Shown here piece after piece: positions 38,265 to 52,818 of a stretch of 64,000 nt of DNA. The position numbers and the translations under genes are program-made. Positions within the stretch are counted from its first letter, which is position 1; each line of letters begins with the position of its first letter. Source of the stretch: Scyliorhinus canicula (Eukaryota); the NCBI RefSeq assembly GCF_902713615.1, contig NC_052167.1:558001-622000 (forward strand). The letters are read 5' to 3'. Under the pieces are notes generated by a model. The model made no database searches. It saw nothing but the letters and a program-made list of their open reading frames with translations, and was not told the DNA's origin.

Positions 38265-39100
38265 AGAAATAGAAGAAGGAATAAATGATTCAGTGCTTCG
38301 AAGCTGCTCCACCATTCAGAAGGATCTGCCGCAAAGCTGCATTCCCACTCTCTGGCTATGATCCCCTATTAGTTTCAAAAAAAAAAAATTTATCAACTTG
38401 GACTTCAGCATACTCAAAATCTGAACATCCACGGCCTTCTGGGTTAGAGAATTCTAAACATTCACAACTGCTTGAGTGAAGTAGTTTCTCCTGATCTTGG
38501 TTCCTAAATTGCGAACCCCTTATTGTGAGACTCTGCTGCCCAGTACTGGACTCTCCAACCCGGGTGGGGATTGGGAGGGGAACGGTTTGGACTGTATGGA
38601 GAGGGAGTGAGGGATAACATATTCCCAGCATCTACCCTGTCAAATCCCCATAAGAATTTTCTATGTTTCAATGAGGCCACCTCTCATTCTTCGGCACTCT
38701 CTGGAACATAGGCCTAAATTACTCAATTTCACCTCATAAAAACAACCCCCTTAACCCAGTCTAGTCAGCATTTGTTACACTCCTCTAATGGCAGGTATAC
38801 GCTTCCGTCATTAAGAAAACCAAGATAGTACACGGTTCTCCACCAAGTAATTTCACTGTATTAAAGCAGTAAGACTACTTTACTCTTATCCTCCAATCCC
38901 TTTGTAATAAAGGCGAATGTATCATTTGCTTCCCTAATTGTTTGCAGTACCTGTGTTAACTTTCTGTGATTTCTGAACAAGTACACCCAGGTCCCTCTAC
39001 ATCCCAAGTTTCTCATTGTTTAAAGAGTATCCTGCTTTTCTATTTATCTTCACGTTTAATGATACATTACACCTGCCACATTCTCTTGCACCCAGCCAAC
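38265..39100 (-). mobile_element. Old CR1 LINE 3' portion
   Basis: Decayed CR1 3' UTR and ORF2 end (gtttcaatgaggccacctctcattctt). Confidence 0.65.
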
Positions 39101-39653
39101 CTGTCTCGCTGCTTTTTTGCGTCCTCCTCAAAACCTGCTTTGACATCATGTTGGTGATATTCTGCAAACGCTTTGAGCCGTCTGCAGTCTTCTCAAAGGG
39201 GAAGGTATGATGGTCCATACATGTAGAAAGGTGTGAAGTGTGCATTGCAGTATGTAAGAAATGTCTGAAAATAGCAGAGCTGTTATATTTGCAGCCTCTT
39301 TCTGCCTTGGAACAGCGAATGGATAGCTATGTGCAATGAATATAAGATTGAGAATTCTACGGGAACCTTGTAATTGTACAGTTGTTTTCTTATGGCTATG
39401 CAGACTGGCCTCTCGGTGGGTTTGTTATGGAATATATATTGCAGATATCAATGTTTTCCTATTAAGACCAAGAGTCATGTGTACTGTTCTTTTTTGCCCG
39501 CTGTGAGTTTGTTGTCTTTGCACTATCTTGACATTCATGAAAATTCTGGTTTCTCCTCCATATCCCTTTCCTTGCCCCTCACCCTTTTCTCCATCCATCG
39601 CCTTCCCTTCTTTTCTGCCTCCCCTTCATCTCCTGACCTTTTTTGTTTTACAG

Positions 39654-39726
39654 TCAATGTATTCATCAGATTCTAGAAAGTGTTAATCACATTCACCAAC
39701 ATGACATAGTGCACAGAGACCTCAAG
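39654..39726 (+). CDS. CAMK2G: CaMKII gamma exon (73 nt, exon 6 equivalent) containing the HRD catalytic loop
   Basis: Long pyrimidine tract, then ttacag|T CAA TGT...CTC AAG|gtcagt. Translates (S)[40 protein letters not shown] is the gamma-isoform signature. Confidence 0.96.
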
Positions 39727-41929
39727 GTCAGTATCTGCTGATAAAGACACGGGAATGCAACCACCTCACTTGGAAGCAGTGTAACATTACTGCATGTTGT
39801 CTGTTGCCTCGCGCTGTTCAGAACTCTTGGCTTGAAACCTCCTGCGCGGATATTGTTACCATCCCAAAGGCCCAATGAGTTATAATTCATGACAGACAGC
39901 TGACTACAACCAGCAGGCTGGCTCACCTAGAATACTTGCTCAATGCCTCTTGCTTGCTCCAAAATCAATAGCAGTGGTCGATCCGCTTTCCTGTCGGGCC
40001 TGGGACCTGGGCTTTTATTTCACACTGCTGCAATTAGCGGCATATATCGGGGGGAGGGGCGATCCTATCACCTTCCCTCTGATAGTGAGTCGGGCCGTCT
40101 CCAACGGGTTTTAAATCTCCTAACAGCCACTTCTTTATTTAACAGTCATGGAAGCGAGCGTCACGGCAGAACTAGGAAGATTGGCTTTTGATTTCTCGAC
40201 GTGCTGTCACAAGAGACCTGGGAGCTTATTTTATGCATATCCCACGTCTTTTAAATCAATTTGTTCAAATTCTATTCATTTTGACTTTGCCGCTTCATTG
40301 GCGTATTATTGGAGCACAGAGCTAACACTGGAGTGGCAACTAAACTTAGTTAATGTGGTTTTATCTAAAACATGTGCTACATTTATTCAAAGGTAGCTGG
40401 ATTTGCTGGATTTATTCACTGCCTATCAAAAGGAATAAATATCAATCTCCATAGCCAAGAATTAAGAAAATTAATTCTGTGAGGTGCTTTTAGATTTGAT
40501 GCGACTCGCAGGGATTTGATGACAGGCTAATTAAAAGTAAACATTATTATCTTTCAAGTCAACTATTATCGGAACAAATCTATTATCCCACTTCCATACA
40601 GTTTGAGCTGATTGAGGGGTACCATCCTTCAAATCAGATGTTGCACTACAGTTCAGGTAGAAGCATGCCATTTTCCAAAGAAGATTTCCCGGCCAACATC
40701 CTTTCCGCAGCAGCCAAAAACCAGATTATACTCTCCTGTGGGTTTATTTGCTATTTGCTTGAAAAAGATTGTCGTGCGGACAGAGTTGTAACTTGTCACT
40801 GTGCTTCGAAGGTCATTCTGAGTGATGTGACAAGGTGCTGCTTAACTGTGAGGCAGTTTTTAAAAATCAGTTTTATAACAAATGAGCAATGTAGCCTCGA
40901 GAGTCGGGCTGATGAACACTGAATCATAACAGGGTATAATTATCAAAAATACTTAACATAAGCTGTTTATTACAGAAAGATCAGAGATGAGTGTAAGTTT
41001 ATATTTTTGGGCATTTGAAAGGTAATATTTCTGGAAACATCCCGATGATATTAAGTTGCAGAAAGCACTTCAAAGTACCCCGGGATCTTATTTGTATTTT
41101 GAATTGTACATTATTCAGCAATAAGATGGCATTTGCTTTGAGAGATCATGCGAGCTAACATTCCAATTCTGACTCAGTTTCCAAGACTGTCTGTACAAAT
41201 GCATAACTGCTGTGCCCCCTAGCGTGCATGTGCTGGCTTTGCACCCATTTAATGTTGACGGAGCCTTTGTGTCTCATATTATTAACCCTTTGAGAACTTC
41301 AGTTGCATTGAACTTTGTGGAAGGAGGTTCTGGGGGGGGGAGGGGTCTTGTGGAATTGTTCTGTTTCGATTGCTACCTCATAAAACCCCCCCCCACTTCT
41401 CTGGGGAGTAATTGGTTGGCGTCGATTCTCAAACCCCACAAAGGCATTTAGCACTCAAAAGGGTGATGATGGCAGTAATTGTGATGAAGCCATCAGTTGC
41501 CATGACACCGGTCAGTGTGTAACCCAATTTTATTTTGCAAGAGTTCAAAGCTGAACTGTTCCTCAATGCCTCGCTTGTTGCAAGGGTATTGTTGGGCATT
41601 GATCATTCACAGTCCGGCCACAGGATGGGACATTGCCCAGATCCAAAGGAGGGGGGGGGGGGAGCTGGGCTGAACAATAAATTTAAAAGCCTGTCAGCAT
41701 TTCACAAGTGGGCCAAAAATTCAGTCCGACTATAGTTCAGAATTCAGCAATTAAACCTCTAAAAATGTACAGATCGAAGGAAAAGCCCGGCCAAGCGTAC
41801 GGGTGATATTTGCATTGTGTTCATTGAAAGATTGAGTCCTTTTTAAGATGTGATGCACAAATGTTAACTGTCGACAAATATTTAATAAGTATCACAGCTC
41901 CTGCTTTTGTGCTTTTAACTTGTCATTAA

Positions 41930-42139
<210 letters not shown>

Positions 42140-42604
42140 TAATGAGCTGCCACCGAGGGTTACAGTACATGTGCAATGCTCTTATCTAGTTTCTGTCCAT
42201 GTGCAGTGGCATCCAATTTTGGATGTGGAGCTGGTTGGAACCAAAAGGTCTCTGCAATGGAGGGTGAGTTGCTGGAAAGCTCAAACCAAGGCTGAGGAGC
42301 ACCTCCACTGGACAGAAGGTCCAATTACAGTGTGCAAAATTTACATCGGCATTTTCCATTAAAAATACAGGCACAGACATTTATAATAGAAACGGGTGAC
42401 GCAAGAAAGGTGGGAACACGAAGTAAAATCTTTGACAGGACACACATGCAGGCAAAATAATTTAGTAGATTATATCGATATATCTTGATGGGCTGAATGG
42501 CCTGCTTCTGTGCTGTACTATTTGGATCTGTAAAAAATCGAGAGAGAAGTAACCATTAATCACTCGCTGTACATTGAGCAAGGACATATATGCGGACATC
42601 CAAT

Positions 42605-43740
42605 TTCAGAGCAGGAATAGGCCATTCAGTCCCACATGGCTGATCTGACTGTGGCCTCAACTCCAAATTCCTACCTACCACTATTACAATCCCAGAACAG
42701 ACCCCAACAAAGGTTAGGATACTGGACCGAAACCCCAATATTTTAGTTTATTTTGTAAGACAGTGTGGAAAGACTACTTCGCTCCAGGAGTAATTGCATG
42801 AAGAAACGGGGTTCCGTACTTTAAAACAAAACTTCAGCATTACCACAACATTAAATACTTGAACAGCACATCCAAAAATAGCTTATAATTACCCCTTAAA
42901 CAATACTACTCAATACAGTAAATACAATACCCTTACTTAATATCTCTATTCCCAATTAAACCCAAGAAATAAAAACCATATAGCTCTCAATCCAGACTCT
43001 GGCTGGATGTCTCCATAAAGCAGTTCAACTGGTTTGTTTCAGCATCCCCCGTGTCCTCTGACAAGTCTACACTGATTTAAATACTATTCTTTTTTTTTAA
43101 CCATCCTACTGTGAGAGCAGTCTACCTTACTTGTAGACTGTGTTAGCTAGATCAGAACTCCACTCAAAATCTTTCTAAAAATACCTTGACCCCATTCAGC
43201 AATGGCATCATCTCCCCAAGCTGAAAACACATTAACAGCCCAGTGACACCCCTAGTCAAACAACAGTGCATTAGCTCAGGCTTTTACAGTGGGCAATTTA
43301 CCTCTGGCTTCTATAAGCTTTCTGGTCTTGCAAAACAAGCTTATTTTAAAAAGCGTGACTACTGCAGTCAAACATACTCTATCCCAGGCTTTTAACCCTT
43401 AAATTGCCAAATGTTTATAATCCAATATATCTATATATTTGACTCCCTTGTTAGTGACGAAAATCTACCTCTGCCTTAAATGTATTATTTGACCCTGCTT
43501 CCACCACTCTCTGGGGAAGAGAGTTCCAAAGACGCATGACCCTCTGGGAAAAGGAATTTCTCCTCATCGGTCTTAAATGGAAGTCCTTTTATTGTTGAAC
43601 TGTGTCCCCTTGTTCTAGCCCCTCCCACAACGGGAAACATCTTTCAGCATCCACCCTGCCAAGTCCCCTCAGTATCTTGTATGTTTCAATAAGTTCACCT
43701 CTCAATCTTCCAAACTTCAATGGCTACAGGCCCAACAGGA
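42605..43740 (-). mobile_element. Old CR1 3' fragment interrupted by a ~760-bp insertion (about 42682-43439, possibly a solo LTR)
   Basis: The CR1 tail agcaggaataggccattc...cctacctacc resumes as ttgactcccttgttag after an unrelated AT-rich block. Confidence 0.55.
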
Positions 43741-45343
43741 ACCAACAAGATGGCCTAAAGTCCCAGCAATTCGAATGAAATAAACAATAACTTCACCTTT
43801 ATACACCTACATCCTGAAAATAAATACGATCACAAAGAGAATTAGTAAATCACTGGCTCCAGATTCACTTGGCCTCAGGTATGTTTTACAGAAAATGTGT
43901 TTTTTAAAGTTTCATACTACTGGGCCTGTGCCCTTTTGGAACTTGAGGACATGTGTTGCTGTGCGCTCCTTTTAGGAATACTCGATGTTGCCAATACACT
44001 GCAGACCCATCGCCACTGAGAAAGAGAAGTTGCCTTTTGCTGCGTAGGCCTTCTGTTAGCTTTGCATCAACCGTTTACCCGTTTCCCTTTTTCTGAAGTC
44101 AATGGACCTGCAAAACGTTAACAGCATTTGCCTGTACCACAGAGAACCCACACCCCCATCACTGACCCAGCAGCAGAGGATCTTGACTTTGATCTCTCCC
44201 AAAGTGCTCCACCGAATCCCTGCAGGGCATGGACCCAGCGGCCGCCTGTTCCACCAGAAGATGAGGGACCACCGAAATGTGATTGTGGCCATGAGGTCCA
44301 GATGATAGCCTGCCCACTAGGATCTGCTGTAGGAGGCACCTTATTTCTCCATTCCGTATCTCGGGGGACCATTGAATGAACAACCAAACTAGACATCCCG
44401 CTCTAAGCTTTTCTCGTCTTACGAACATAGCAGTAGCAGGCCAGCATTCATGTTAGAATATTTTTCAGCTACACTACAAGAGCAATGTGTTGCAGTTCAG
44501 TGGTTGCACCTCCGTTTTCAATGGTCACTCAGGCCATCTGAGTAGGTTTGTTCCTGGATTCAGGGACAGAGCTGGAGTCAAGTGTCTCTAGTCCAGTATG
44601 AATCCAACTTGGATGTCAAGTTTATCAGTGAACCTGAGCAGGAATATAACTCCATGTGATCCTTACCCTTTGCTTGATGGAGACTGCTAATTCAGAGCTA
44701 ATTAGTACTTTACCTCAATGGCCCAGCCCCCACCAGAAATCGCCCATTCATCTCAAACAGGACCCTTGCAGCCAGCTGCAGTCTGGGCTAGATGCAAGTC
44801 CAGCTGTCTTTGCCAGAACTGACATCTGGATACCTTGCAGCTGAAATATTAACTAAAAGCATCCAGTCAGACAGACCTCTGGCGTCTGAGAGAACCATTT
44901 TAACAAGGTTGCAAGCTGGGTAGCAGAAGTAAGTGTTTACAGCTGCTTAACCTAATTGAAAACACAAACATTTGCACCCTGTAGCAACATGAATAAGTGA
45001 CCTCTAAATCACATTGTTTCATCACCGGATTTTCCTGTTTAAGATTCCACTGCATCAGAATATAACATCCACCAAATCTACAATAGCCTTGCACTGGTGT
45101 GATATACTGCTGTCAGGGATATTTGATCAATTTAACTGAATAACTGCCACAATCTGTTGATCATTGCCTACAGTGGCTTTTCCTGTGCTGCCCTTTTTTA
45201 GAATCCTTTTCAGGATATCATCTATTGCGTAGCCCTTTTTCCCTGAGATGGTGGTGGTGGCCTGGGGGGGTTCAAGATAGTCGCCCACCATTGAGACCAC
45301 CATCGAGGTGAAAATCATTGAACCGCTGCAGCCATACTGCTCT

Positions 45344-45940
45344 GGGGAGACAGTGGCCTAGTGATATGGTCACTGGACTGGTAATCAATGACTCCCCCTC
45401 GGACTGATCTGTTCCCTGTGAGAACACTATTCACAACGCCCTGTCCCGCTCTTGCTCATGTATTTGCTTTGTTTGGCCCCTTGTTCCGCACTGTAACCAA
45501 TCACTGTCTTGTCGATGTACCATTTGTCAATGTTCTCTGTTGATTATTCTTGTGTCTACTGTGTACGTTCCTCGGCCGCAGAAAAATACTTTTCACTGTA
45601 CTTCGGTACGTGTGACAATAACTCAAATCAAATCCAAAAGGATCAAATCCAGAGACCCAGCGAGTCTTGAGGATCCGGGTTCAAATCCCACCACGACAGA
45701 TGGTAAAATTTGAATTCAATTAAAAAAAGAACCTGGAATTAGAAGTGGAATGATGATCGTGAAACCAATGTTATCTTGTTCACCAATGACCTTTCAGGAA
45801 GAAAATCTGCCGCCCGTACGTGTGACTCCATATCCAGAGTAATGTGGTTGACTCTTAAGTCTCCTCGCAAGCCATTCAGTTCAAGGGAAATCATGGATGG
45901 ACAATAAATGCTTGGCTTGCCAGTGACATCTACATCCCAT
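45344..45940 (+). mobile_element. Family B SINE
   Basis: Head split at aatc by a Rex1 insertion. Body and tail match 58173-58770. Confidence 0.72.
45387..45645 (+). mobile_element. Rex1/Babar-type LINE 3' UTR fragment
   Basis: Ends ttttcactgtacttcggtacgtgtgacaataac(tcaaa)n. Flanked by aatc. Confidence 0.6.
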
Positions 45941-46990
45941 GAATGTCAGGCAATTGGAGTCTTTTAGCTTTCCAATTGACACAGGAAGGCAGTGTGCCAC
46001 AAGAATGGATGTGTTGGCTGAGTAATGCTGGAGCATGGGGTGACCGTGTGATTTAATCTCAGTTGGCAACCCTAGCCTGGGATGAAGCTACACCCACAGG
46101 TTATTAGGGTGTTCCAGGAATTTGACCCAGCGACAATGAACAAACTCTTGGGAGGTAACACTTGAGGTGGTGGAGTTCCCTTTCACTGCCACCCTTGCCA
46201 CTCTGGGTGGTGAAGGCCTTGGGTTTGGGAGGTGCTGTCAAGGTTTGATGCCGTGCATCCTGCTGATAGTACACACTGCAGCCACCGTTTGGCGATGGTG
46301 GAGGGAATGGGATCGGATTGAGTGGCAGAGAATACTCATTGGGATAGACCCTGTCCCATTTCAAATCACTATACCCCTGACTCACAAGGAACAGCAACAC
46401 AGGAGTGCCACGCATTGATGCACCATTTGCAGAAGAAATTGAAAAGGTTTCCAACTACTCCGAAAAGGAAATCTCTCGACAATCTTCTTGTATGAAAATT
46501 AACGATGAAGGAGTTATATTTCTGTACAATGTGACCCAGAGTTAATCGGCTTACTCTGTTTGTAACTTAATTAAAGGCACTAACTGAAATTAGAAGCATT
46601 AATATGAATTAAAACCATAATTAATATCTTGGCAATGGCGAGATTCCCCCGTGACTCTGAGTAGCTGAGCCCTTTGATGAGAGGAGTTCACAACTTGGTT
46701 CACATAAAGTTAGTCGATCCCACCCAACAAGTTGTTTAAAATATTACAATTAGTGATAGGCCACTTGTTAGGAAGAAGCAAATGGAGCTCACGCAAGAAT
46801 GTCATCCATATTTTCTTTTCACTCGAGTGGCTTTGGCTTTGGCATCTGCTTTCTTGGCCTCTCGTAGGTGGTTACGCTGTTGGTATCGGGGGAGCTGGTG
46901 TTGTGAATTGTAACTCTGAAGGCAGCACCAGAGTGTTGGGCAAGTTTGTTGCAGCAGCTGAGCTATTCTGATCCATCAACTTGCCACGTA

Positions 46991-47126
46991 GGGACGGCAC
47001 AGTGGCACAGTGGTTAGCACTGCCGCCTCACGGCACCAGGGACACGGGTTTGATCCTGGCCCCGGGTCACTGTCCGTGTGGACTTTACACATTCTCCCCA
47101 TATCTGCGTGGGTTTCACCCCCACAA
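46991..47126 (+). mobile_element. 3'-truncated short V-SINE abutting the minisatellite
   Basis: Head and V-domain up to ggtttcacccccacaa. Confidence 0.8.
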
Positions 47127-48725
47127 GCCCATGGCACAGTACAATCCCATTTCTATCCGCCCATGGCACAGTACAATCCCATTTCTATCCGCCCATGGCA
47201 CAGTACAATCCCATTTCTATCCGCCCATGGCACAGTGCAATCCCATTTCTATCCGCCCATGGCACAGTACAATCCCATTTCTATCAGCCCATGGCACAGT
47301 ACAATCCCATTTCTATCCGCCCATGGCACAGTACAATCCCATTTCTATCCGCCCATGGCACAGTACAATCCCATTTCTACCAGCCCATGGCACAGTACAA
47401 TCCCATTTCTATCCGCCATGGCACAGTACAATCCCATTTCTACCAGCCCATGGCACAGTACAATCCCATTTCTATCAGCCCATGGCACAGTACAATCCCA
47501 TTTCTATCCGCCCATGGCACAGTACAATCCCATTTCTACCAGCCCATGGCACAGTACAATCCCATTTCTATCCGCCCATAGCACAGTACAATCCCATTTC
47601 TACCAGCCCATCGCACGGTACTATCCCATTTCTATCCGCCCATAGCACAGTACAATCCCATTTCTACCAGCCCATCGCACGGTACTATCCCATTTCTATC
47701 CGCCCATGGCACAGTACAATCCCATTTCTACCAGCCCATCGCACGGTACTATCCCATTTCTACCAGCCCATCGCACAGTGCAATCCCATTTCTATCCGCC
47801 CATGGCACAGTACAATCCCATTTCTATCCGCCCATGGCACAGTACTATCCCATTTCTATCCGCCCATGGCACAGTACAATCCCATTTCTATCAGCCCATG
47901 GCACAGTGCAATCCCATTTCCATCCGCCCATGGCACAGTACAATCCCATTTCTATCCGCCCATGGCACAGTACAATCCCATTTCTATCCGCCCATGGCAC
48001 AGTACAATCCCATTTCTATCCGCCATGGCACAGTACAATCCCATTTCTATCCGCCCATGGCACAGTACAATCCCATTTCTATCCGCCCATGGCACAGTAC
48101 AATCCCATTTCTATCCGCCCATGGCACAGTACAATCCCATTTCTATCCGCCCATGGCACAGTACAATCCCATTTCTATCCGCCCATGGCACAGTACAATC
48201 CCATTTCTATCCGCCATGGCACAGTACAATCCCATTTCTATCCGCCATGGCACAGTACAATCCCATTTCTATCCGCCCATGGCACAGTACAATCCCATTT
48301 CTATCCGCCCATGGCACAGTACAATCCCATTTCTATCCGCCCATGGCACAGTACAATCCCATTTCCATCCGCCCATGGCACAGTACAATCCCATTTCTAT
48401 CCGCCATGGCACAGTACAATCCCATTTCTATCCGCCATGGCACAGTACAATCCCATTTCTATCCACCCATGGCACAGTGCAATCCCATTTCTATCAGCCC
48501 ATGGCACAGTACAATCCCATTTCTATCCGCCATGGCACAGTACAATCCCATTTCTATCCGCCATGGCACAGTACAATCCCATTTCTATCCGCCCATGGCA
48601 CAGTGCAATCCCATTTCTATCCACCCATGGCACAGTGCAATCCCATTTCTATCAGCCCATGGCACAGTGCAATCCCATTTCCATCCGCCCATGGCACAGT
48701 GCAATCCCATTTCTATCAGCCCATG
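47127..48725. repeat. Minisatellite, 32-bp unit (31-bp variants), about 50 copies
   Basis: Unit gcccatggcacagtacaatcccatttctatcc. Confidence 0.97.
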
Positions 48726-49039
48726 AACCAGCCACTGGTCATTAACACTTCAAGTCACCACATCCATCCTGAGCGAATGCAAAGGGCCAATCAGGATTGC
48801 TCCCACGGGGTACAGAGCACAGGAACTCCTTCCATGAGTTTTAATAACTCTTTAATAACATGGGAAATCTCAGGAAGCATGCTCCTGATTTTCTGGTATG
48901 CTCAGGCATCAGACATGCCACTCTGCCTGTAATGAACGTCCGTAAATGGGGCCCTTGAGTTTCAGCCCGGGCCAGTTGAAATCAGGGTCGCCTCTGACTC
49001 CAGAAGCTCGAGTTCTAAGCCTGTTGGGAATCTGATAGA

Positions 49040-49335
49040 GACGGACACAGGAATGCAGTACTGAGGGGACGCTGCATGGTCTGAGGCACCCTTCTTTGCC
49101 CGCAGTGTGAAACCAAAGCCTCACCTGCATGGATCCCATTGACAGCACTCCGCTAACGACAGCAAATTCACCTTGTATCTTAGCCAATAGTCTCCTCTCC
49201 ACATTCCTGTGTTTGTGGGATCATTGTATGTGAAATGACTAATGGTTGCCAATTGTACCAGGCTCTGCACTAATTCAGTGTTTTAAGGTGTTTCTGACAT
49301 GGGATAAGACATTATATAAATGTGAGTCTTTCTTC
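49040..49335 (+). mobile_element. Old Deu-domain SINE
   Basis: tgcagtactgaggggacgctgca...tgtttgtgggatc...ttatataaatgtgagtctttc. Confidence 0.55.
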
Positions 49336-49849
49336 ACGGCTCAATTAACTGGATTTAAACCAGTTGTCATATTTTTGCAAAGAAACATTTAATTTAATAC
49401 TCCCTCTCTTGTCACAACAGTTGTGCAGCTGAATGCTTTACGGAACTTTTATTTTTAATCTAGTGTTACTCATTGAAGACACTGACAATGAGCACATGAG
49501 TGTTCAAGTGAAGCTGCTACTGACAACAGGACTCGGTGCCCCTGCAAGTTGATGGCGTGCAAAGTACCGGTCATTGGTTGGTTATGCCATCACAGGCCCA
49601 GGCGTGGAAATAGGATGCTAACTCATTGGAGTAGTAGCAGAATGGGAGCTTTGGCCAACGCTGTCACTGTGCCGAATGCACCACATTCCATCTGGTAAAA
49701 CAATCAAAACACATCGCTGATGGTGGGAGCTGAAGCAGCAATTACTTGGAACAGAGTTCAGAGTGGTTCAGAGCTTGGCACTTTCAGCTTCATGGCAAGA
49801 TTAGACCATCGTGCCCATGTTGGGTACGGTCGCACCCAACATGGTTGGG

Positions 49850-50216
49850 TAGTTGCTGACTACCACTTCAGCGGCTGGACTAATGATCTGGAGACAAGTT
49901 CAATTTCCACAAAGGCAGCTGGAGAATAGAAATTCAATTAATTAAATAATTCTGGAATGAAACGTTTGCATCAGCAGTGGTGCCTCTGGAACTACCAGGT
50001 TGTTGTAAAAAAAAGAAAAACCGCATCTGGTTCACTAATGTCCATAAGGGAATAAAATCTGCCGCTCTTGCCTGGCAATGTGTTTGACTCGTAACTGCCC
50101 GCTGAAATGGCTCCGCAAGCCGATGAATTATCACCACTATCTTTCTGAGGGCAACTGAGGGTTTGCAAATAATTCTGCCCTTGCCAGCGACACCCATGTC
50201 GAATGAATGAATAAAA
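49850..50216 (+). mobile_element. Family B SINE (decayed)
   Basis: catctggttcactaatgtcc. Tail gccagcgacacccatgtcgaatgaatgaataaaaa. Confidence 0.65.
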
Positions 50217-50375
50217 ACTGGTGTATGTTGAATGGCATGCAGCTTACAATGCAATATAGTACAGACCAGGAGCCTGGCACAATTTGTACTGCATGGAAAA
50301 AGATGTCTGAGCACTGAATATTATACCATATGGCGGAATGCAGACATGAGCTCCCGCAATTCATGTTGACAGTCA

Positions 50376-51015
50376 ATGAAGAAAGCTTAGACAGGTCGGG
50401 CTTGTATCCACTGGAGTTTGGAACAGTACGAGGCGACTTGATTGAAACCTAGAAGATTCTGAGGGGTCTTGACAGGGTGAAGGTGGAAAGGATGTTTCCT
50501 CTTGTCGGAGAATCTGGAACTAGGGGGCTCACTCTTTTAAAAATAAAGGGTCGCTCATTCAAGACTGAGCTGAGAGGCATTTTTTTCACTCAGGGCCAGG
50601 AGTCTCTGGAAATCTCTTCCTCAAAAGACCAGGAAGCAGAGCCTTTGAATGTTTTCAAGGCAAAGCCTGAAGATTCTTGATAAACAAGAGGGTGAAAGGT
50701 TATCAAAGTTGGTGAGTGGAGGGTTAGCCCTGTTGCCTCACGGCACCGAGGTCCCAGGTTCAATCCCGGCCCTGGGTCACTGTCCGTGTGGAGTTTGCAC
50801 ATTCTCCCCGTGTTTGCGTGGGTTTCGCCCCCACAACCCAAAGATGTGCGGGCTACGTGGATTGGCCTCGCTAAATTGCACCTTAATTGGGAAAAATGAA
50901 TTGGTTACTCTAAATTGGTGGAAAAAAAAGTTGGTGGGTCAGATCAACGGTTATCTTATTGAATGGTGGAGTAGGCTCGAAGGTCTGACCACCTCCTGCT
51001 CCTAATTCGTATGTA
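50376..51015 (+). mobile_element. CR1 3' fragment with a nested 5'-truncated short V-SINE (50719-50927)
   Basis: RGDLIET-like C-terminus. SINE TSD aaagttggtg(a/g)gt. Confidence 0.72.
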
Positions 51016-51410
51016 CGCACAATTTAATGTAAAAAGGAATCATTGATCTCTGGTGTCAACAAGCTTGCATTTGCCCATTACGCTTCTCTAAAGCACCTCG
51101 AGCTGACAGGGTCCAAGCTATCTGATGAAGCAGAAACCAAGACACCAAGCGTTTCCTTATTGATAAAAGTTGATTGACTTTCTTCGGTCTCATAGCTCTT
51201 CTCACACATCCCCAGTGTCGCAGTTGTCCCCTTCTTATGCTCTTTCAATAAAAACAATAATCAATAAATTAAATAAAAATGACGGGTGACAGGGCGTCCC
51301 CTAATTTATAAGATCTCTTCATCCACTTGTGCGGTTCATTCGCTCATTTGACTTTTAATTCCAGATTCTTTTTAATTCAAGAACATCATGCTGCGTCACT
51401 GAATCACTAT

Positions 51411-51686
51411 CTATAGAATCCATGGAATCCCTACAGTGCAGAAGGAGGCCATTCAGCTCATCGAGTCTGCACTGACCCTCAAAAGAGCACCTCCCATTCC
51501 CCAGCCCTAACTCTGTTACCCCACCTAACCTGCATATCTTTGGACTGTGGGAGGCAACAGGAGTACTTGGAGAAAGCTCACGCAGACATGGAAAATGTGC
51601 GAACTCCACACAGATGGTCACCCAAGGCTGGAATCAAACCCAGTCCCTGGTACTGTGAGGCAACAGTGCTCGCCACTGTGCTGCCT
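51411..51686 (-). mobile_element. HE1-type SINE (older)
   Basis: Tail, V-domain and head are recognisable. Confidence 0.7.
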
Positions 51687-52764
51687 CGTTTTGAGATAGA
51701 TTAAGTAACCAAGTAAACAAAATCAAATAAACAAGCTCGTAGGCCAGACCAGGCAAACAGAGTCAACCAGATGGGTTTTTGCAACAATCATTTCATGGTC
51801 ATCATTAGAATTCCAGACTTTTATTGAATTCAAATTTCACCAGCTGTGTTGATCCTCAGAACATCACCCTGGGCCTCTGGATTGCTACTCCAGCAACAAT
51901 ACCACCATGCCACTGCCTCCCTGTCCATTAAACAAGGGCTTTCACCTGTGTATCCACCAATGTAGTAAACATACGATTAGCAACTTGCCTTTTGCAAGCT
52001 GTGGTGAAGAAAGACCAGAGAAACGTGGGCTTTTTCTGGCCGGTACAGGTGTCCCAAGTGTTGGGGGATTCCGGATCATTCCACAAGGTGAATCCAGAAT
52101 ATTACTTTCAATTAACTTTCAAGAACAGAAGAAGGTGAAACAATTTTGTAACCGGAAAAAGGTAAATTAAAAAGGAATGCCGAGGAATTCTCCATCACAC
52201 CACGGCATCGATATGTGGAATAGATTTCCGGACGGAACACAAAAAACATTTGTACTTGATGAACTATTGGGTTCTACAATGGAATGAGTTGAACAACCTT
52301 CTTCAACAGGAGCAATCACAGTCTAAATGCTATTTTAATAGAGGCATTAACCAAAAATGGGTTAACGCCTTTAATATGATGACCAAGACAATACAAGTGC
52401 ATCAAGTTTTACACAGCACAATGTTCAGTTGCAGAATGTAATGGTTAATGTTCTGATTAATTCTGCTCTTGCGGCATAGAATTTGCAACTCAGAAACCAG
52501 CCATTCAGCCCAACTGGCTTACACCAGACTCCACACATCCTTCACCCAACCTTCATCTTACCCTATCAATATAACATTCTATTCCTTTCTCCCTTGTGTT
52601 TATCTAGCTTCATCTTAACTGTATCTATGCTATTGACTTCAATGGTTCCATGAGGGAGCACTGGTTAAGGCCAAGCCTTGAATGAAACAGCAGCTTTCTT
52701 CCAAAATGTCAGGTGTGCGGTTTGATAGGGAGACAATATTCCGCATTAAGTGAAAGGCAAACCA

Positions 52765-52818
52765 TCCCACTCTCTTTCCCTCTCCCACTCTCTTTCCCTC
52801 TCCCACTCTCTTTCCCTC
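52765..52818. repeat. 18-bp pyrimidine-rich tandem repeat, 3 copies
   Basis: (tcccactctctttccctc)3. Confidence 0.9.

Noticed and set aside
39654-39726. Assignment to CAMK2A, CAMK2B or CAMK2D
   Set aside because: NHIHQHDIV together with ASKCK, VDIWAC and DQHKLY fits gamma best.
47127-48725. CRISPR-like appearance of a ~32-bp repeat
   Set aside because: The units are contiguous with no unique spacers. The context is a eukaryotic intron with no cas genes.
46981-48932. Long + strand ORFs (581, 408 and 303 aa)
   Set aside because: These are translations of a 32/31-bp tandem repeat that is largely stop-free in all three frames. There is no domain or splice evidence.
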